A stretch of DNA of 64,000 bases from Eledone cirrhosa (taxonomy: Eukaryota): contig OZ024747.1 of assembly GCA_964016885.1 (NCBI GenBank), forward strand, positions 29,760,001-29,824,000, written 5' to 3'. The notes beneath the pieces are model-generated. The model was not told where the DNA came from and ran no database searches. It worked only from the letters and a program-made list of their open reading frames with translations. The position numbers and the translations under genes were made by a program. The stretch's first letter is position 1. Each line of letters starts with the position of its first letter. Below, one piece after another: positions 47,430 through 61,800 of this stretch.

Positions 47430-50420
47430 GGGGGGGTCCGTTTTTTATTTGGGTACCCCGTTTTTTATTTGGGTGCCCCGTTTTTTTATGGGGGGGTCCC
47501 GTTTTTTATTTGGGTGCCCCGTTTTTTTATGGGGGGGTCCGTTTTTTATTTGGGTACCCCGTTTTTTATTTGGGTGCCCCGTTTTTTTATGGGGGGGTCC
47601 GTTTTTTATTTGGGTGCCCCGTTTTTCTATGGGGGGGTCCGTTTTTTATTTGGGTGCCCCGTTTTTTTATGGGGGGGTCCCGTTTTTTATTTGGGTGCCC
47701 CGTTTTTTTATGGGGGGATCCGTTTTTTATTTGGGTGCCCCGTTTTTTTATGGGGGGGTCCGTTTTTTATTTGGGTACCCCGTTTTTTATTTGGGTGCCC
47801 CGTTTTTTTATGGGGGGGTCCGTTTTTTATTTGGGTGCCCCGTTTTTTTATGGGGGGGTCCGTTTTTTATTTGGGTGCCCCGTTTTTTATTTGGGTGCCT
47901 CGTTTTTTTATGGGGGGGGTCCGTTTTTTATTTGGGTACCCCGTTTTTTATTTGGGTGCCCCGTTTTTTTATGGGGGGGTCCCGTTTTTTATTTGGGTGC
48001 CCCGTTTTTTTATGGGGGGGTCCGTTTTTTATTTGGGTACCCCGTTTTTTATTTGGGTGCCCCGTTTTTTTATGGGGGGGTCCGTTTTTTATTTGGGTGC
48101 CCCGTTTTTCTATGGGGGGGTCCGTTTTTTATTTGGGTGCCCCGTTTTTTTATGGGGGGGTCCCGTTTTTTATTTGGGTGCCCCGTTTTTTTATGGGGGG
48201 ATCCGTTTTTTATTTGGGTGCCCCGTTTTTTTATGGGGGGGTCCGTTTTTTATTTGGGTACCCCGTTTTTTATTTGGGTGCCCCGTTTTTTTATGGGGGG
48301 GTCCGTTTTTTATTTGGGTGCCCCGTTTTTTTATGGGGGGGTCCGTTTTTTATTTGGGTGCCCCGTTTTTTATTTGGGTGCCCCGTTTTTTTATGGGGGG
48401 ATCCGTTTTTTATTTGGGTGTCCCGTTTTTTATTTGGGTGTCCCGTTTTTTTATGGGGGGGTCCGCTTTTTATTTGGGTGTCCCGTTTTTTTATGGGGGG
48501 GCCGCTTTTTATTTGGGTGCCCCGTTTTTTTATGGGGGGGGGGTCCGTTTTTTATTTGGGTACCCCGTTTTTTATTTGGGTGCCCCGTTTTTTTATGGGG
48601 GGGGCCGCTTTTTATTTGGGTGCCCCGTTTTTTTATGGGGGGGGGTCCGTTTTTTATTTGGGTACCCCGTTTTTTATTTGGGTGCCCCGTTTTTTTATGG
48701 GGGGGGTCCGTAATTTATTTGGGTGCCCCGTTTTTTTATGGGGGGGGTCCATTTTTTATTTGGGTGCCCCGTTTTTTTATGGGGGGGTCCCGTTTTTTAT
48801 TTGGGTGCCCCGTTTTTTTATGGGGGGGGGTCCGTTTTTTATTTGGGTACCCCGTTTTTTATTTGGGTGCCCCGTTATTTTATGGGGGGTCCGTTTTTTA
48901 TTTGGGTGCTCCGTTTTTTTATGGGGGGGTCCGTTTTTTATTTGGGTGCCCCGTTTTTTATTTGGGTGCCCCGTTTTTTTATGGGGGGGTCCGTTTTTTA
49001 TTTGGGTGCCCCGTTTTTTTATGGGGGGGTCCGTTTTTTATTTGGGTGCCCCGTTTTTTTATGGGGGGGTCCCGTTTTTTATTTGGGTGCCCCGTTTTTT
49101 TATGGGGGGGTTCGTTTTTTATTTGGGTACCCCGTTTTTTTATTTGGGTACCCCGTTTTTTATTTGGGTGCCCCGTTTTTTTATGGGGGGGTCCGTTTTT
49201 TATTTGGCTGCCCCGTTTTTTTATGGGGGGGTCCGTTTTTTATTTGGGTGCCCCGTTTTTTTATGGGGGGTCCCGTTTTTTATTTGGGTGCCCCGTTTTT
49301 TTATGGGGGGGTCCGTTTTTTATTTGGGTACCCCGTTTTTTATTTGGGTGCCCCGTTTTTTTATGGGGGGATCCGTTTTTTATTTGGGTGTCCCGTTTTT
49401 TATTTGGGTGTCCCGTTTTTTTATGGGGGGGTCCGCTTTTTATTTGGGTGTCCCGTTTTTTTATGGGGGGGGCCGCTTTTTATTTGGGTGCCCCGTTTTT
49501 TTATGGGGGGGGGGTCCGTTTTTTATTTGGGTACCCCGTTTTTTATTTGGGTGCCCCGTTTTTTTATGGGGGGGGCCGCTTTTTATTTGGGTGCCCCGTT
49601 TTTTTATGGGGGGGGGTCCGTTTTTTATTTGGGTACCCCGTTTTTTATTTGGGTGCCCCGTTTTTTTATGGGGGGGGGTCCGTAATTTATTTGGGTGCCC
49701 CGTTTTTTTATGGGGGGGGTCCATTTTTTATTTGGGTGCCCCGTTTTTTTATGGGGGGGTCCCGTTTTTTATTTGGGTGCCCCGTTTTTTTATGGGAGGG
49801 GGTCCGTTTTTTATTTGGGTACCCCGTTTTTTATTTGGGTGCCCCGTTATTTTATGGGGGGTCCGTTTTTTATTTGGGTGCTCCGTTTTTTTATGGGGGG
49901 GTCCGTTTTTTATTTGGGTGCCCCGTTTTTTATTTGGGTGCCCCGTTTTTTTATGGGGGGGTCCGTTTTTTATTTGGGTGCCCCGTTTTTTTATGGGGGG
50001 GTCCGTTTTTTATTTGGGTGCCCCGTTTTTTTATGGGGGGGTCCCGTTTTTTATTTGGGTGCCCCGTTTTTTTATGGGGGGGTTCGTTTTTTATTTGGGT
50101 ACCCCGTTTTTTTATTTGGGTACCCCGTTTTTTATTTGGGTGCCCCGTTTTTTTATGGGGGGGTCCGTTTTTTATTTGGCTGCCCCGTTTTTTTATGGGG
50201 GGGTCCGTTTTTTATTTGGGTGCCCCGTTTTTTTATGGGGGGTCCCGTTTTTTATTTGGGTGCCCCGTTTTTTTATGGGGGGGTCCGTTTTTTATTTGGG
50301 TACCCCGTTTTTTATTTGGGTGCCCCGTTTTTTTATGGGGGGATCCGTTTTTTATTTGGGTGTCCCGTTTTTTATTTGGGTGTCCCGTTTTTTTATGGGG
50401 GGGTCCGCTTTTTATTTGGG
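47430..50420. repeat. Adjacent 483-bp and ~972-bp tandem duplications in satellite B
   Basis: TTTTTCTAT 47627/48110 and GGATCC 47718/48201 (483 bp); TCCGTAATTT 48712/49684 and GTCCGCTTT 48466/49436/50408 (970-972 bp). Confidence 0.8.
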
Positions 50421-53400
50421 TGCCCCGTTTTTTTATGGGGGGGGTCCGTTTTTTATTTGGGTACCCCGTTTTTTATTTGGGTGCCCCGTTTTTTTATGGG
50501 GGGGGGTCCGTTTTTTATTTGGGTGCCCCGTTTTTTTATGGGGGGGGGTCCATTTTTTATTTGGGTGCCCCGTTTTTTTATGGGGGGGTCCCGTTTTTTA
50601 TTTGGGTGCCCCGTTTTTTTATGGGGGGGGGGTCCGTTTTTTATTTGGGTACCCCGTTTTTTATTTGGGTGCCCCGTTTTTTTATGGGGGGGTCCCGTTT
50701 TTTATTTGGGTGCCCCGTTTTTTTATGGGGGTGTCCGTTTTTTATTTGGGTACCCCGTTTTTTATTTGGGTGCCCCGTTTTTTTATGGGGGGGGGTCCGT
50801 TTTTTATTTGGGTGCCCCGTTTTTTATTTGGGTGCCCCGTTTTTTTATGGGGGGATCCGTTTTTTATTTGAGTGCCCCGTTTTTTTATGGGGGGGTCCGT
50901 TTTTTATTTGGGTACCCCGTTTTTTATTTGGGTGCCCCGTTTTTTTATGGGGGGGTCCGTTTTTTATTTGGGTGCCCCGTTTTTCTATGGGGGGGTCCGT
51001 TTTTTATTTGGGTGCCCCGTTTTTTTATGGGGGGGTCCCGTTTTTTATTTGGGTGCCCCGTTTTTTTATGGGGGGATCCGTTTTTTATTTGGGTGCCCCG
51101 TTTTTTATTTGGGTGTCCCGTTTTTTTATGGGGGGGTCCGTTTTTTATTTGGGTGCCCCGTTTTTTTATGGGGGGGTCCGTTTTTTATTTGGGTACCCCG
51201 TTTTTTATTTGGGTGCCCCGTTTTTTTATGGGGGGGTCCGTTTTTTATTTGGGTGCCCCGTTTTTTTATGGGGGGGGTCCGTTTTTTATTTGGGTGCCCC
51301 GTTTTTTATTTGGGTGCCCCGTTTTTTTATGGGGGGATCCGTTTTTTATTTGGGTGTCCCGTTTTTTATTTGGGTGTCCCGTTTTTTTATGGGGGGGTCC
51401 GCTTTTTATTTGGGTGTCCCGTTTTTTTATGGGGGGGGGTCCGCTTTTTATTTGGGTGCCCCGTTTTTTTATGGGGGGGGGGTCCGTTTTTTATTTGGGT
51501 ACCCCGTTTTTTATTTGGGTGCCCCGTTTTTTTATGGGGGGGGTCCGTTTTTTATTTGGGTGCCCCGTTTTTTTATGGGGGGGGTCCATTTTTTATTTGG
51601 GTGCCCCGTTTTTTTATGGGGGGGTCCCGTTTTTTATTTGGGTGCCCCGTTTTTTTATGGGGGGGGGGTCCGTTTTTTATTTGGGTACCCCGTTTTTTAT
51701 TTGGGTGCCCCGTTTTTTTATGGGGGGTCCCGTTTTTTATTTGGGTGCCCCGTTTTTTTATGGGGGGGTCCGTTTTTTATTTGGGTACCCCGTTTTTTAT
51801 TTGGGTGCCCCGTTTTTTTATGGGGGGGTCCGTTTTTTATTTGGGTGCCCCGTTTTTTATTTGGGTGCCCCGTTTTTTTATGGGGGGGATCCGTTTTTTA
51901 TTTGAGTGCCCCGTTTTTTTATGGGGGGGTCCGTTTTTTATTTGGTTACCCCGTTTTTTATTTGGGTGCCCCGTTTTTTTATGGGGGGGTCCGTTTTTTA
52001 TTTGGGTGCCCCGTTTTTCTATGGGGGGGTCCGTTTTTTATTTGGGTGCCCCGTTTTTTTATGGGGGGGTCCCGTTTTTTATTTGGGTGCCCCGTTTTTT
52101 TATGGGGGGATCCGTTTTTTATTTGGGTGTCCCGTTTTTTATTTGGGTGTCCCGTTTTTTTATGGGGGGGTCAGTTTTTTATTTGGGTGCCCCGTTTTTT
52201 TATGGGGGGGTCCGTTTTTTATTTGGGACCCCGTTTTTTATTTGGGTGCCCCGTTTTTTTATGGGGGGGTCCGTTTTTTATTTGGGTGCCCCGTTTTTTT
52301 ATGGGGGGGTCCGTTTTTTATTTGGGTGCCCCGTTTTTTTATGGGGGGGTCCCGTTTTTTATTTGGGTGCCCCGTTTTTTTATGGGGGGTCCGTTTTTTA
52401 TTTGGGTACCCCGTTTTTTATTTGGGTGCCCCGTTTTTTTATGGGGGGGTCCCGTTTTTTATTTGGGTGCCCCGTTTTTTTATGGGGGGGGTCCGTTTTT
52501 TATCTGGGTACCCCGTTTTTTATTTGGGTACCCCGTTTTTTATTTGGGTGCCCCGTTTTATTATGTGGGGGGTCCGTTTTTTATTTGGGTGCCCCGTTTT
52601 TTTTATGGGGGGGGGTCCGTTTTTTATTTGGGTGCCCCGTTTTTTATTTGGGTACCCCGTTTTTTATTTGGGTGCCCCGTTTTTTATTTGGGTGCCCCGT
52701 TTTTTTATGGGGGGGTCCGTTTTTTATTTGGGTGCCCCGTTTTTTATTTGGGTACCCCGTTTTTTTATGGGGGGGGCCGTTTTTTATTTGGGTGCCCCGT
52801 TTTTTTATGGGGGGGTCCGTTTTTTATTTGGGTACCCCGTTTTTTATTTGGGTGCCCCGTTTTTTTATGGGGGGGGCCGTTTTTTATTTGGGTGCCCCGT
52901 TTTTTTATGGGGGGGTCCGTTTTTTATTTGGGTGCCCCGTTTTTTATTTGGGTGCCCCGTTTTTTTATGGGGGGGGTCCGTTTTTTATTTGGCTGCCCCG
53001 TTTTTTTATGGGGGGGTCCGTTTTTTATTTGGGTACCCCGTTTTTTATTTGGGTGCCCCGTTTTTTTATGTGGGGGGTCCCGTTTTTTATTTGGGTGCCC
53101 CGTTTTTTTATGGGGGGGGCCGTTTTTTATTTGGGTGCCCCGTTTTTTTATGGGGGGGTCCGTTTTTTATTTGGGTACCCCGTTTTTTATTTGGGTGCCC
53201 CGTTTTTTTATGTGGGGGGTCCCGTTTTTTATTTGGGTGCCCCGTTTTTTTATGGGGGGGTCCGTTTTTTATTTGGGTACCCCGTTTTTTATTTGGGTGC
53301 CCCGTTTTTTTATGGGGGGTCCGTTTTTTATTTGGGTGCCCCGTTTTTTTATGGGGGGGGTCCGTTTTTTATTTGGGTACCCCGTTTTTTTATGGGGGGG

Positions 53401-55899
53401 TCCCGTTTTTTATTTGGGTGCCCCGTTTTTTTATGGGGGGGGTCCGTTTTTTATTTGGGTACCCCGTTTTTTATTTGGGTGCCCCGTTTTTTTATGGGGG
53501 GGTCCGTTTTTTATTTGGGTGCCCCGTTTTTTTATGGGGGGGTCCGTTTTTTATCTGGGTACCCCGTTTTTTATTTGGGTGCCCCGTTTTTTATTTGGGT
53601 GCCCCGTTTTTTTATGGGGGGGTCCGTTTTTTATTTGGGTGTCCCGTTTTTTTATGGGGGGGGTCCCGTTTTTTATTTGGGTGCCCCGTTTTTTTATGGG
53701 GGGGTCCGTTTTTTATTTGGGTACCCCGTTTTTTATTTGGGTGCCCCGTTTTTTTATGGGGGGGTCCCGTTTTTTATTTGGGTGCCCCGTTTTTTTATGG
53801 GGGGGTCCGTTTTTTATTTGGGTGCCCCGTTTTTTTATGGGGGGGGTCCGTTTTTTATTTGGGTACCCCGTTTTTTATTTGGGTGCCCCGTTTTTTTATG
53901 GGGGGGGTCCGTTTTTTATTTGGGTGCCCCGTTTTTTATTTGGGTGCCCCGTTTTTTTATGGGGGGGATCCGTTTTTTATTTGAGTGCCCCGTTTTTTTA
54001 TGGGGGGGTCCGTTTTTTATTTGGGTACCCCGTTTTTTATTTGGGTGCCCCGTTTTTTTATGGGGGGGGTCCGTTTTTTATTTGGGTGCCCCGTTTTTCT
54101 ATGGGGGGGGTCCGTTTTTTATTTGGGTGCCCCGTTTTTTTATGGGGGGGGTCCCGTTTTTTATTTGGGTGCCCCGTTTTTTTATGGGGGGATCCGTTCT
54201 TTATTTGGGTGCCCCGTTTTTTATTTGGGTGTCCCGTTTTTTTATGGGGGGGTCCGTTTTTTATTTGGGTGCCCCGTTTTTTTATGGGGGGGTCCGTTTT
54301 TTATTTGGGTACCCCGTTTTTTATTTGGGTGCCCCGTTTTTTTATGGGGGGGTCCGTTTTTTATTTGGGTGCCCCGTTTTTTTATGGGGGGGTCCGTTTT
54401 TTATTTGGGTGCCCCGTTTTTTTATGGGGGGGTCCCGTTTTTTATTTGGGTGCCCCGTTTTTCTATGGGGGGGTCCGTTTTTTATTTGGGTGCCCCGTTT
54501 TTTTATGGGGGGGTCCCGTTTTTTATTTGGGTGCCCCGTTTTTTTATGGGGGGGGTCCGTTTTTTATTTGGGTGCCCCGTTTTTTTTATGGGGGGGGGTC
54601 CGTTTTTTATTTGGGTGCCCCGTTTTTTATTTGGGTACCCCGTTTTTTATTTGGGTGCCCCGTTTTTTATTTGGGTGCCCCGTTTTTTTATGGGGGGGTC
54701 CGTTTTTTATTTGGGTGCCCCGTTTTTTATTTGGGTACCCCGTTTTTTTATGGGGGGGGCCGTTTTTTATTTGGGTGCCCCGTTTTTTTATGGGGGGGTC
54801 CGTTTTTTATTTGGGTACCCCGTTTTTTATTTGGGTGCCCCGTTTTTTTATGGGGGGGGCCGTTTTTTATTTGGGTGCCCCGTTTTTTTATGGGGGGGGT
54901 CCGTTTTTTATTTGGGTGCCCCGTTTTTTATTTGGGTGCCCCGTTTTTTTATGGGGGGGGTCCGTTTTTTATTTGGCTGCCCCGTTTTTTTATGGGTGGG
55001 TCCGTTTTTTATTTGGGTACCCCGTTTTTTATTTGGGTGCCCCGTTTTTTTATGTGGGGGGTCCCGTTTTTTATTTGGGTGCCCCGTTTTTTTATGGGGG
55101 GGTCCGTTTTTTATTTGGGTACCCCGTTTTTTATTTGGGTACCCCGTTTTTTATTTGGGTGCCCCGTTTTTTTATGTGGGGGGTCCGTTTTTTATTTGGG
55201 TGCCCCGTTTTTTTTATGGGGGGGGGTCCGTTTTTTATTTGGGTGCCCCGTTTTTTATTTGGGTGCCCCGTTTTTTTATGGGGGGGTCCGTTTTTTATTT
55301 GGGTGCCCCGTTTTTTTATGGGGGGGGCCGTTTTTTATTTGGGTACCCCGTTTTTTATTTGGGTGCCCCGTTTTTTTATGGGGGGGTCCGTTTTTTATTT
55401 GGGTGCCCCGTTTTTTTATGGGGGGGTCCGTTTTTTATTTGGGTACCCCGTTTTTTTATGGGGGGGTCCCGTTTTTTATTTGGGTGCCCCGTTTTTTTAT
55501 GGGGGGGGGGTCCGTTTTTTATTTGGGTACCCCGTTTTTTATTTGGGTGCCCCGTTTTTTTATGGGGGGGTCCGTTTTTTATTTGGGTGCCCCGTTTTTT
55601 TATGGGGGGGTCCGTTTTTTATCTGGGTACCCCGTTTTTTATTTGGGTACCCCGTTTTTTATTTGGGTGCCCCGTTTTTTTATGGGGGGGTCCGTTTTTT
55701 ATTTGGGTGCCCCGTTTTTTATTTGGGTGTCCCGTTTTTTTATGGGGGGGGTCCCGTTTTTTATTTGGGTGCCCCGTTTTTTTATGGGGGGGTCCGTTTT
55801 TTATTTGGGTACCCCGTTTTTTATTTGGGTGCCCCGTTTTTTTATGGGGGGGGTACCGTTTTTTATTTGGGTGCCCCGTTTTTTTATGGGGGGGTCCGT

Positions 55900-58800
55900 T
55901 TTTTATTTGGGTGCCCCGTTTTTTATTTGGGTGCCCCGTTTTTTTATGGGGGGTCCGTTTTTTATTTGGGTGCCCCGTTTTTTTATGGGGGGGTCCCGTT
56001 TTTTATTTGGGTGCCCCGTTTTTTTATGGGGGGGGGTCCGTTTTTTATTTGGGTACCCCGTTTTTTATTTGGGTGCCCCGTTTTTCTATGGGGGGTCCGT
56101 TTTTTATTTGGGTGCTCCGTTTTTTTATGGGGGGGTCCGTTTTTTATTTGGGTGCCCCGTTTTTTATTTGGGTGCCCCGTTTTTTTATGGGGGGGTCCGT
56201 TTTTTATTTGGGTGCCCCGTTTTTTTATGGGGGGGTCCGTTTTTTATTTGGGTGCCCCGTTTTTTTATGGGGGGGTCCCGTTTTTTATTTGGGTGCCCCG
56301 TTTTTTTATGGGGGTGTCCGTTTTTTATTTGGGTGCCCCGTTTTTTTATGGGGGGTCCCGTTTTTTATTTGGGTGCCCCGTTTTTTTATGGGGGGGTCCG
56401 TTTTTTATTTGGGTACCCCGCTTTTTATTTGGGTGCCCCGTTTTTTTATGGGGGGATCCGTTTTTTATTTGGGTGTCCCGTTTTTTATTTGGGTGCCCCG
56501 TTTTTTTCTGGGGGGGTCCCGTTTTTTATTTGGGTGCCCCGTTTTTTTATGGGGGGGGTCCGTTTTTTATTTGGGTACCCCGTTTTTTATTTGGGTGCCC
56601 CGTTTTTTTATGGGGGGTCCGTTTTTTATTTGGGTGCCCCGTTTTTTTATGGGGGGGTCCGTTTTTTATTTGGGTGCCCCGTTTTTTTATGGGGGGGTCC
56701 GTTTTTTATTTGGGTGCCCCGTTTTTTTATGGGGGGGGCCGTTTTTTATTTGGGTGCCCCGTTTTTTTATGGGGGGGGTCCGTTTTTTATTTGGGTGCCC
56801 CGTTTTTTATTTGGGTGCCCCGTTTTTTTATGGGGGGGGTCCGTTTTTTATTTGGCTGCCCCGTTTTTTTATGGGGGGGTCCGTTTTTTATTTGGGTACC
56901 CCGTTTTTTATTTGGGTGCCCCGTTTTTTTATGTGGGGGGTCCCGTTTTTTATTTGGGTGCCCCGTTTTTTTATGGGGGGGTCCGTTTTTTATTTGGGTA
57001 CCCCGTTTTTTATTTGGGTGCCCCGTTTTTTTATGGGGGGGTCCGTTTTTTATTTGGGTGCCCCGTTTTTTTATGGGGGGGTCCGTTTTTTATTTGGGTA
57101 CCCCGTTTTTTTATGGGGGGGTCCCGTTTTTTATTTGGGTGCCCCGTTTTTTTATGGGGGGGTCCGTTTTTTATTTGGGTACCCCGTTTTTTTATGGGGG
57201 GGTCCCGTTTTTTATTTGGGTGCCCCGTTTTTTTATGGGGGGGGTCCCGTTTTTTATTTGGGTGTCCGATATTTTTATGGGGGGGTCCGTTTTTTATTTG
57301 GGTACCCCGTTTTTTATTTGGGTGCCCCGTTTTTTTATGGGGGGGTACCGTTTTTTATTTGGGTGCCCCGTTTTTTTTATGGGGGGGTCCGTTTTTTATT
57401 TGGGTGCCCCGTTTTTTATTTGGGTACCCCGTTTTTTATTTGGGTGCCCCGTTTTTTATTTGGGTGCCCCGTTTTTTTATGGGGGGGGCCGTTTTTTATT
57501 TGGGTGCCCCGTTTTTTTATGGGGGGGTCCGTTTTTTATTTGGGTACCCCGTTTTTTATTTGGGTGCCCCGTTTTTTTATGGGGGGGCCGTTTTTTATTT
57601 GGGTGCCCCGTTTTTTTATGGGGGGGGTCCGTTTTTTATTTGGGTGCCCCGTTTTTTATTTGGGTGCCCCGTTTTTTTATGGGGGGGTCCGTTTTTTATT
57701 TGGCTGCCCCGTTTTTTTATGGGGGGGTCCGTTTTTTAATTGGGTACCCCGTTTTTTATTTGGGTGCCCCGTTTTTTATTTGGGTGTCCCGTTTTTTTAT
57801 GGGGGGGTCCGTTTTTTATTTGGGTGCCCCGTTTTTTATGGGGGGTCCCGTTTTTTATTTGGGTGCCCCGTTTTTTTATGGGGGGTCCCGTTTTTTATTT
57901 GGGTGCCCCGTTTTTTTATGGGGGGGGTCCGTTTTTTATTTGGGTACCCCGTTTTTTATTTGGGTGCCCCGTTTTTTTATGGGGGGGGGTCCGTTTTTTA
58001 TTTGGGTGCCCCGTTTTTTTATGGGGGGTCCCGTTTTTTATTTGGGTGCCCCGTTTTTTTATGGGGGGTCCGTTTTTTATTTGGGTGCCCCGTTCTTTTA
58101 TGGGGGGGTCCCGTTTTTTATTTGGGTGCCCCGTTTTTTTATGGGGGGGTCCCGTTTTTTATTTGGGTGCCCCGTTTTTTTATGGGGGGGGTCCGTTTTT
58201 TATTTGGGTACCCCGTTTTTTATTTGGGTGCCCCGTTTTTTTATGGGGGGTCCGTTTTTTATTTGGGTGCTCCGTTTTTTTATGGGGGGGTCCGTTTTTT
58301 ATTTGGGTGCCCCGTTTTTTATTTGGGTGCCCCGTTTTTTTATGGGGGGGTCCGTTTTTTATTTGGGTGCCCCGTTTTTTTATGGGGGGGTCCGTTTTTT
58401 ATTTGGGTGCCCCGTTTTTTTATGGGGGGGTCCCGTTTTTTATTTGGGTGCCCCGTTTTTTTATGGGGGGGTTCGTTTTTTATTTGGGTACCCCGTTTTT
58501 TTATTTGGGTACCCCGTTTTTTATTTGGGTGCCCCGTTTTTTTATGGGGGGGGTCCGTTTTTTATTTGGCTGCCCCGTTTTTTTATGGGGGTGTCCGTTT
58601 TTTATTTGGGTGCCCCGTTTTTTTATGGGGGGTCCCGTTTTTTATTTGGGTGCCCCGTTTTTTTATGGGGGGGTCCGTTTTTTATTTGGGTACCCCGTTT
58701 TTTATTTGGGTGCCCCGTTTTTTTATGGGGGGATGCGTTTTTTATTTGGGTGTCCCGTTTTTTATTTGGGTGTCCCGTTTTTTTATGGGGGGGTCCGCTT

Positions 58801-61800
58801 TTTATTTGGGTGCCCCGTTTTTTTATGGGGGGGGTCCGTTTTTTATTTGGGTACCCCGTTTTTTATTTGGGTGCCCCGTTTTTTTATGGGGGGGGTCCGT
58901 TTTTTATTTGGGTGCCCCGTTTTTTTATGGGGGGGGTCCATTTTTTATTTGGGTGCCCCGTTTTTTTATGGGGGGGTCCCGTTTTTTATTTGGGTGCCCC
59001 GTTTTTTTATGGGGGGGGTCCGTTTTTTATTTGGGTACCCCGTTTTTTATTTGGGTGCCCCGTTTTTTTATGGGGGGGTCCCGTTTTTTATTTGGGTGCC
59101 CCGTTTTTTTATGGGGGGGTCCGTTTTTTATTTGGGTACCCCGTTTTTTATTTGGGTGCCCCGTTTTTTTATGGGGGGGTCCGTTTTTTATTTGGGTGCC
59201 CCGTTTTTCTATGGGGGGGTCCGTTTTTTATTTGGGTGCCCCGTTTTTTTATGGGGGGGTCCCGTTTTTTATTTGGGTGCCCCGTTTTTTTATGGGGGGA
59301 TCCGTTTTTTATTTGGGTGCCCCGTTTTTTTATGGGGGGGTCCGTTTTTTATTTGGGTACCCCGTTTTTTATTTGGGTGCCCCGTTTTTTTATGGGGGGG
59401 TCCGTTTTTTATTTGGGTGCCCCGTTTTTTTATGGGGGGGTCCGTTTTTTATTTGGGTGCCCCGTTTTTTATTTGGGTGCCCCGTTTTTTTATGGGGGGA
59501 TCCGTTTTTTATTTGGGTGTCCCGTTTTTTATTTGGGTGTCCCGTTTTTTTTATGGGGGGGTCCGCTTTTTATTTGGGTGTCCCGTTTTTTTATGGGGGG
59601 GGGGCGCTTTTTATTTGGGTGCCCCGTTTTTTTATGGGGGGGGGTCCGTTTTTTATTTGGGTACCCCGTTTTTTATTTGGGTGCCCCGTTTTTTTATGGG
59701 GGGGGGTCCGTTTTTTATTTGGGTGCCCCGTTTTTTTATGGGGGGGTCCATTTTTTATTTGGGTGCCCCGTTTTTTTATGGGGGGGTCCCGTTTTTTATT
59801 TGGGTGCCCCGTTTTTTTATGGGGGGGGGGTCCGTTTTTTATTTGGGTACCCCGTTTTTTATTTGGGTGCCCCGTTATTTTATGGGGGGTCCCGTTTTTT
59901 ATTTGGGTGCCCCGTTTTTTTATGGGGGGGTCCGTTTTTTATTTGGGTACCCCGTTTTTTATTTGGGTGCCCCGTTTTTTTATGGGGGGGGTCCGTTTTT
60001 TATTTGGGTGCCCCGTTTTTTTATGGGGGGGGTCCGTTTTTTATTTGGGTACCCCGTTTTTTATTTGGGTGCCCCGTTTTTTTATGGGGGGTCCGTTTTT
60101 TATTTGGGTGCTCCGTTTTTTATGGGGGGGTCCGTTTTTTATTTGGGTGCCCCGTTTTTTTATGGGGGGGTCCGTTTTTTATTTGGGTGCCCCGTTTTTT
60201 TATGGGGGGGTCCCGTTTTTTATTTGGGTGCCCCGTTTTTTTATGGGGGGGTTCGTTTTTTATTTGGGTACCCCGTTTTTTTATTTGGGTACCCCGTTTT
60301 TTATTTGGGTGCCCCGTTTTTTTATGGGGGGGTCCGTTTTTTATTTGGCTGCCCCGTTTTTTTATGGGGGGGTCCGTTTTTTATTTGGGTGCCCCGTTTT
60401 TTTATGGGGGGTCCCGTTTTTTATTTGGGTGCCCCGTTTTTTTATGGGGGGATCCGTTTTTTATTTGGGTGTCCCGTTTTTTATTTGGGTGTCCCGTTTT
60501 TTTATGGGGGGGTCCGCTTTTTATTTGGGTGCCCCGTTTTTTATTTGGGTACCCCGTTTTTTATTTGGGTGCCCCGTTTTTTTATGGGGGGATCCGTTTT
60601 TTATTTGGGTGTCCCGTTTTTTATTTGGGTGTCCCGTTTTTTTATGGGGGGGTCCGCTTTTTATTTGGGTGCCCCGTTTTTTTATGGGGGGGGTCCGTTT
60701 TTTATTTGGGTACCCCGTTTTTTATTTGGGTGCCCCGTTTTTTTATGGGGGGGGTCCGTTTTTTATTTGGGTGCCCCGTTTTTTTATGGGGGGGGGTCCA
60801 TTTTTTATTTGGGTGCCCCGTTTTTTTATGGGGGGGTCCCGTTTTTTATTTGGGTGCCCCGTTTTTTTATGGGGGGGGGTCCGTTTTTCATTTGGGTACC
60901 CCGTTTTTTATTTGGGTGCCCCGTTTTTTTATGGGGGGGTCCCGTTTTTTATTTGGGTGCCCCGTTTTTTTATGGGGGGGGTCCGTTTTTTATTTGGGTA
61001 CCCCGTTTTTTATTTGGGTGCCCCGTTTTTTTATGGGGGGGGTCCGTTTTTTATTTGGGTGCCCCGTTTTTTATTTGGGTGCCCCGTTTTTTTATGGGGG
61101 GATCCGTTTTTTATTTGAGTGCCCCGTTTTTTTATGGGGGGGTCCGTTTTTTATTTGGGTACCCCGTTTTTTATTTGGGTGCCCCGTTTTTTTATGGGGG
61201 GGTCCGTTTTTTATTTGGGTGCCCCGTTTTTCTATGGGGGGGTCCGTTTTTTATTTGGGTGCCCCGTTTTTTTATGGGGGGGTCCCGTTTTTTATTTGGG
61301 TGCCCCGTTTTTTATTTGGGTGCCCCGTTTTTTTATGGGGGGTCCGTTTTTTATTTGGGTGCCCCGTTTTTTTATGGGGGGGTCCCGTTTTTTATTTGGG
61401 TGCCCCGTTTTTTTATGGGGGGGGGTCCGTTTTTTATTTGGGTACCCCGTTTTTTATTTGGGTGCCCCGTTTTTCTATGGGGGGTCCGTTTTTTATTTGG
61501 GTGCTCCGTTTTTTTATGGGGGGGTCCGTTTTTTATTTGGGTGCCCCGTTTTTTATTTGGGTGCCCCGTTTTTTTATGGGGGGGTCCGTTTTTTATTTGG
61601 GTGCCCCGTTTTTTTATGGGGGGGTCCGTTTTTTATTTGGGTGCCCCGTTTTTTTATGGGGGGGTCCCGTTTTTTATTTGGGTGCCCCGTTTTTTTATGG
61701 GGGTGTCCGTTTTTTATTTGGGTGCCCCGTTTTTTTATGGGGGGTCCCGTTTTTTATTTGGGTGCCCCGTTTTTTTATGGGGGGGTCCGTTTTTTATTTG

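Noticed and set aside
49461-49724. 87-aa basic minus-strand ORF (MDPPHKKTGHPNK...)
   Set aside because: A chance ATG from a CCG>CCA variant in satellite B; low-complexity repeat translation.
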